DNA from: Candidatus Fraserbacteria bacterium
GTDB taxonomy: Bacteria > Bipolaricaulota > Bipolaricaulia > RBG-16-55-9 > JANLFV01
Reading direction: 5' to 3'
DNA: 48,525 nt
NCBI GenBank assembly: GCA_037446135.1
Contig: JBBIJD010000003.1
Span: 4,790-53,314 of the forward strand
The notes beneath the pieces are model-generated. The model saw only the letters and a list, made by a program, of their open reading frames with translations. It was not told where the DNA came from and ran no database searches. Numbering within the stretch: position 1 is the first letter of the stretch; the number at the start of each line of letters is the position of its first letter. Positions 45,591-48,525 of the stretch are shown one piece after another. The translations under genes were made by a program, and so were the position numbers.

Positions 45591-46492
45591 CAGTCCTCGA
45601 CCACTTTTGGGGAATCTTATTCATCTCCCTCCACGCGCTAGTCCCGATCACCCTCGCGGCCACGGGGGAGGTCCTGGGGGAGACGACTGGCCTGTTCAAC
45701 ATCGGCCTGGAAGGGATCATCCTCCTCAGCGCTCTCACCGGGGCTCTGGGGGCCGAGGCCGGGGGATGGCTCGTCGGCCTGCTCGCGGGGATTGGGACAG
45801 GAATGGCCATCGGACTGATCTTCGGCCTGATCAGTGCCTATTGGCGGGGGGACCAGCTTATCGTCGGGGTCGGGGTCAACTTGCTCGCCCTGGGATTTGT
45901 GGCCTTCGAGCTGATCATCCTCGGGGCCCCGGGCTTCCATGCTGTCCCCCGCGCCGCCCAGGTCCCTGGGATCAATACGCCGATCGGAAGGGACCTGAGT
46001 CCGCTCATCTTCGTCACGCTCGCTCTGCCCTTCTTGCTCTACTACCTCCTCTCCCGGACCCAGCTCGGCCTGAAGCTCAAAGCAGTTGGGGAGAACCCCG
46101 CGGCAGCCGATGTGGCTGGGATCCGGGTCAATCTGCTCCGGCTCCTCGCGGCGACCCTCGGGGCCGGGCTCGCCGGGCTGGGCGGGGCCTTCATCAGCGT
46201 CGATTGGATCGGCTCGGTAACCAAGGAGATCTCCGCCGGACGGGGCTTCATCGCCCTAGCCACGGTCGTCTTCAGCGGGCTCAATCCACTGCTGGTCCTG
46301 CTGGGGGGGTTCATCTTCGGGTTCTTCGAGAGCCTTGCCACTTGGATCTCCACCTTCCCAGGGATCAAGGAGATCGTCCCCTGGCAGGTCGTGGCGATGG
46401 TCCCTTACATCGTCACCTTGCTGGTCGTGGCAGGTGCGATCGGGCGGGTCCGTTTCCCCGCCGCTCTGGGCCGGCCTTACATCCGCGAATGA
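45587..46492 (+). CDS. Nucleoside ABC permease (NupC-like)
   Basis: NIGLEG, GENPAAADVAGI, AGRGFIALA, FPAALGRPY; ATGA overlap with the upstream gene. Confidence 0.92.
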   Translation: MTVLDHFWGILFISLHALVPITLAATGEVLGETTGLFNIGLEGIILLSALTGALGAEAGGWLVGLLAGIGTGMAIGLIFGLISAYWRGDQLIVGVGVNLLALGFVAFELIILGAPGFHAVPRAAQVPGINTPIGRDLSPLIFVTLALPFLLYYLLSRTQLGLKLKAVGENPAAADVAGIRVNLLRLLAATLGAGLAGLGGAFISVDWIGSVTKEISAGRGFIALATVVFSGLNPLLVLLGGFIFGFFESLATWISTFPGIKEIVPWQVVAMVPYIVTLLVVAGAIGRVRFPAALGRPYIRE

Positions 46493-46496
46493 CCGC

Positions 46497-47393
46497 TCAC
46501 TCCCGCTGATAGGGCCTTCCAAGGGCCTGGGGGAACCTAGCGCGGCCGATGGCTCCGATCAAGACCAGGAGGGTCGCGATATAAGGGATCATGCGGACAA
46601 ACTGGTAGGGGACGATCCTGTTAACCCCCGGGACATTGGAGATCCAGAAGCTCAGGGCATCGAAGAACCCGAAGATGAACCCCCCGAGGAGGGTTAAGAG
46701 CGGGTTGAGTCTGCTGAAGACGACATTCGCTAGAGCAATGAAGCCTCGTCCAGCCGGGAGGGTCTCGGTAATGGTATGGGTCCAGTCCAGGCTGAGGAAG
46801 GCTCCCGCCAAGCCTCCAAGGGTCGCTCCATAAATCACCGCCCCGAAGCGGAGCCTCTCTACGCGGATCCCGGCCACATCCGCGGCTGCGGGATTCTCCC
46901 CTAAGGCCCGGAGCCGCAGCCCGAGGGCTGTCCGGAAGAGCAACCACCAAGTAAAAACCGCTAGGGCGACCATGAGGAGGAAGATCGGGCTGATCCTCCC
47001 CCAGGGAGCGGGGAGGCTCGGCATCTGCAATGCCGGGGGCAACTGAAAGAACCGCGCCCCCCAGAGGGCCATCATCCCGAACCCGACCAACCCGAGCCCG
47101 AAGAGGTTGATCCCCACACCGCTGATCACTTGGTCCCCGCGGAGATAGATGCTGATCAGCCCGTGGATCAGGCCGACCAGGCTCCCCGCTCCCACGCCGC
47201 AGGCCAGCCCGAGCCAGGGCTCGCCGGTGGCCTTCACCCCGACTACGGCGAAGAAGGCAGAGATCACCATCAGCCCCTCCAGGCCGATGTTCACTACCCC
47301 TGCCCGCTCGCTGAAGACCTCACCGATCGCGGCGAGCGTGATCGGGACCATCGTTTGGAAGGTTATCGCCAATAAAGTCCTTAAGAGATCCAT
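46497..47393 (-). CDS. Nucleoside ABC permease (NupC-like), second copy
   Basis: SERAGVVNIGLEG, GENPAAADVAGI, AGRGFIALA, FPQALGRPY. Confidence 0.92.
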   Translation of the reverse strand: MDLLRTLLAITFQTMVPITLAAIGEVFSERAGVVNIGLEGLMVISAFFAVVGVKATGEPWLGLACGVGAGSLVGLIHGLISIYLRGDQVISGVGINLFGLGLVGFGMMALWGARFFQLPPALQMPSLPAPWGRISPIFLLMVALAVFTWWLLFRTALGLRLRALGENPAAADVAGIRVERLRFGAVIYGATLGGLAGAFLSLDWTHTITETLPAGRGFIALANVVFSRLNPLLTLLGGFIFGFFDALSFWISNVPGVNRIVPYQFVRMIPYIATLLVLIGAIGRARFPQALGRPYQRE

Positions 47394-48448
47394 CTTTGAC
47401 TCCGACCTCGCAATCGTGGGAACAGGCCACGCAAGAGCCCCCAGAGCTCCGGAGCGGCGATGGTGAGAATGATTATCCCCTGGACGATGTGGATCAGATC
47501 CAAGGGGACCCCTGCCCGGAAGCCCATCATCCCTGCTCCTGCCGCAAGGGCCCCAAAGAATAAGCCGGCCAAGATCGCCCCCAAGGGGTGGTTCCTCCCG
47601 ACCAAGGCTACCGCGATCCCATCGAATCCCAGTGTCCCCAGGATGCTCAGGCCATTGTCGAGAGAGTAGGGATACCGACCTAAGATCTGAGTCGCGCCGG
47701 CCAGCCCGGCGGCTAAGCCCCCGAGGATGAAGGCTAAATTAATGCTCCGGCGGGGCTCGATCCCGGCATACCTCGCAGCGGAGGGATTCAGCCCGGAGCA
47801 GCGGAGCTCGAACCCCGGGGTCATGTGCCATAAGACCCAATATGCCAAGAGCGCGAAGGCCAAGCTGGCAAGGATCGCGTATGTCAGGTCGCTCCCCGCC
47901 ATGATCCTAGGGAAGCGGGCAGTAGGTGCGGCCATGACCGAGGTCCAGCCCCGCTGGGGATCGTTCAAGAAGTTGATCACCATATACCCCGCGAGCCAGA
48001 CGGCGATCCAATTGAGCATGATCGTGGAGATGACCTCACTGATCCCTCGCCGGACTCTAAGCCAAGAAGCCGGGAGGCTCCAGATCGCCCCGGCGAGCAT
48101 CGCCAACCCCATCGCGACGATCAGGTGCCATCCCACGGGTAAACGGATAGTGCTGGCAGCGACGGCGACCAAGGCCCCCAGGATCATCTGCCCTTGAGCC
48201 CCGATATTAAACAAACCAGCGCGCACACCGATGGCAAAGGTCAAACCCGTCAGGATCAGGGGCGTGGCCCGGCTGAGGGTATCGGAGAGGCTATGCCAAT
48301 TCCCGAAAGAGCCCTCAAAGAGGCCGAGATAGGCCCTCCAGGGGTCATACCCCCAGGCGGCCAAGAGAGCCGCGCCGAGCAGCAAGCCGATTACGAGGGC
48401 GGAGATTACCTCCAGGAAGGGCCTCAACCTCGAGACAAAGGTCGCCAC
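47381..48448 (-). CDS. Nucleoside ABC permease (NupB-like), second copy
   Basis: TPLILTGL, FNIGAQGQ, EVISTIMLN, GFDGIAVALVGRNHP; GTG start. Confidence 0.92.
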   Translation of the reverse strand: MATFVSRLRPFLEVISALVIGLLLGAALLAAWGYDPWRAYLGLFEGSFGNWHSLSDTLSRATPLILTGLTFAIGVRAGLFNIGAQGQMILGALVAVAASTIRLPVGWHLIVAMGLAMLAGAIWSLPASWLRVRRGISEVISTIMLNWIAVWLAGYMVINFLNDPQRGWTSVMAAPTARFPRIMAGSDLTYAILASLAFALLAYWVLWHMTPGFELRCSGLNPSAARYAGIEPRRSINLAFILGGLAAGLAGATQILGRYPYSLDNGLSILGTLGFDGIAVALVGRNHPLGAILAGLFFGALAAGAGMMGFRAGVPLDLIHIVQGIIILTIAAPELWGLLRGLFPRLRGRSQRWIS

Positions 48449-48525
48449 TTCGATCTTGTTAATTAAGGATGCCCCCGCCTCGGGCGAGGCGGCGCGGGGC
48501 TCCCCTATGTAGTTGGAGGGGTGCT

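Noticed and set aside
1-48525. CRISPR arrays, tRNA/rRNA, IS elements, prophage or defence systems
   Set aside because: No regular repeat-spacer pattern, cloverleaf, transposase or integrase was seen by eye; mazG here is housekeeping-type.

Overview
GC-rich, gene-dense bacterial chromosomal segment. I saw no rRNA, tRNA, CRISPR array, transposase or phage genes. Gene content (rny-spoVS, YqeG, DUF4911, an outer-membrane-like protein, a Thermococcales-like BMP) tentatively suggests a deep-branching anaerobe such as Ca. Bipolaricaulota/Acetothermia; this is inference only. The left half (1-20.9 kb) is mostly housekeeping: ADP-forming acyl-CoA ligase, prfA, cspA, DUF502, Crp/Fnr-hypA-hypF, yqeG, mazG, parvulin-TPR chaperone, spoVS, rny, MMPL, nusA, rluD and pgsA. 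The right half (21-48.5 kb) is dominated by a variant anaerobic purine/urate catabolic region. It has ygfK, ssnA, two fold-type II PLP enzymes, an M20 hydrolase, carbamate kinase and two tandem YgeW-like carbamoyltransferases. Further on come mocA-like, xdhC and yqeB genes, a BMP nucleoside-binding protein and two convergent permease pairs. Inserted within it are a lower-GC nadA and an unexplained module: an RHH regulator plus a Tat-signal, Cys-rich 80-aa peptide, facing a B12 radical SAM / NTPase / membrane protein unit. Best novelty candidates are that peptide module, a ~190-nt self-complementary RNA ahead of ygfK, the rewired purine pathway, and an FNR-like box ahead of hypAF.
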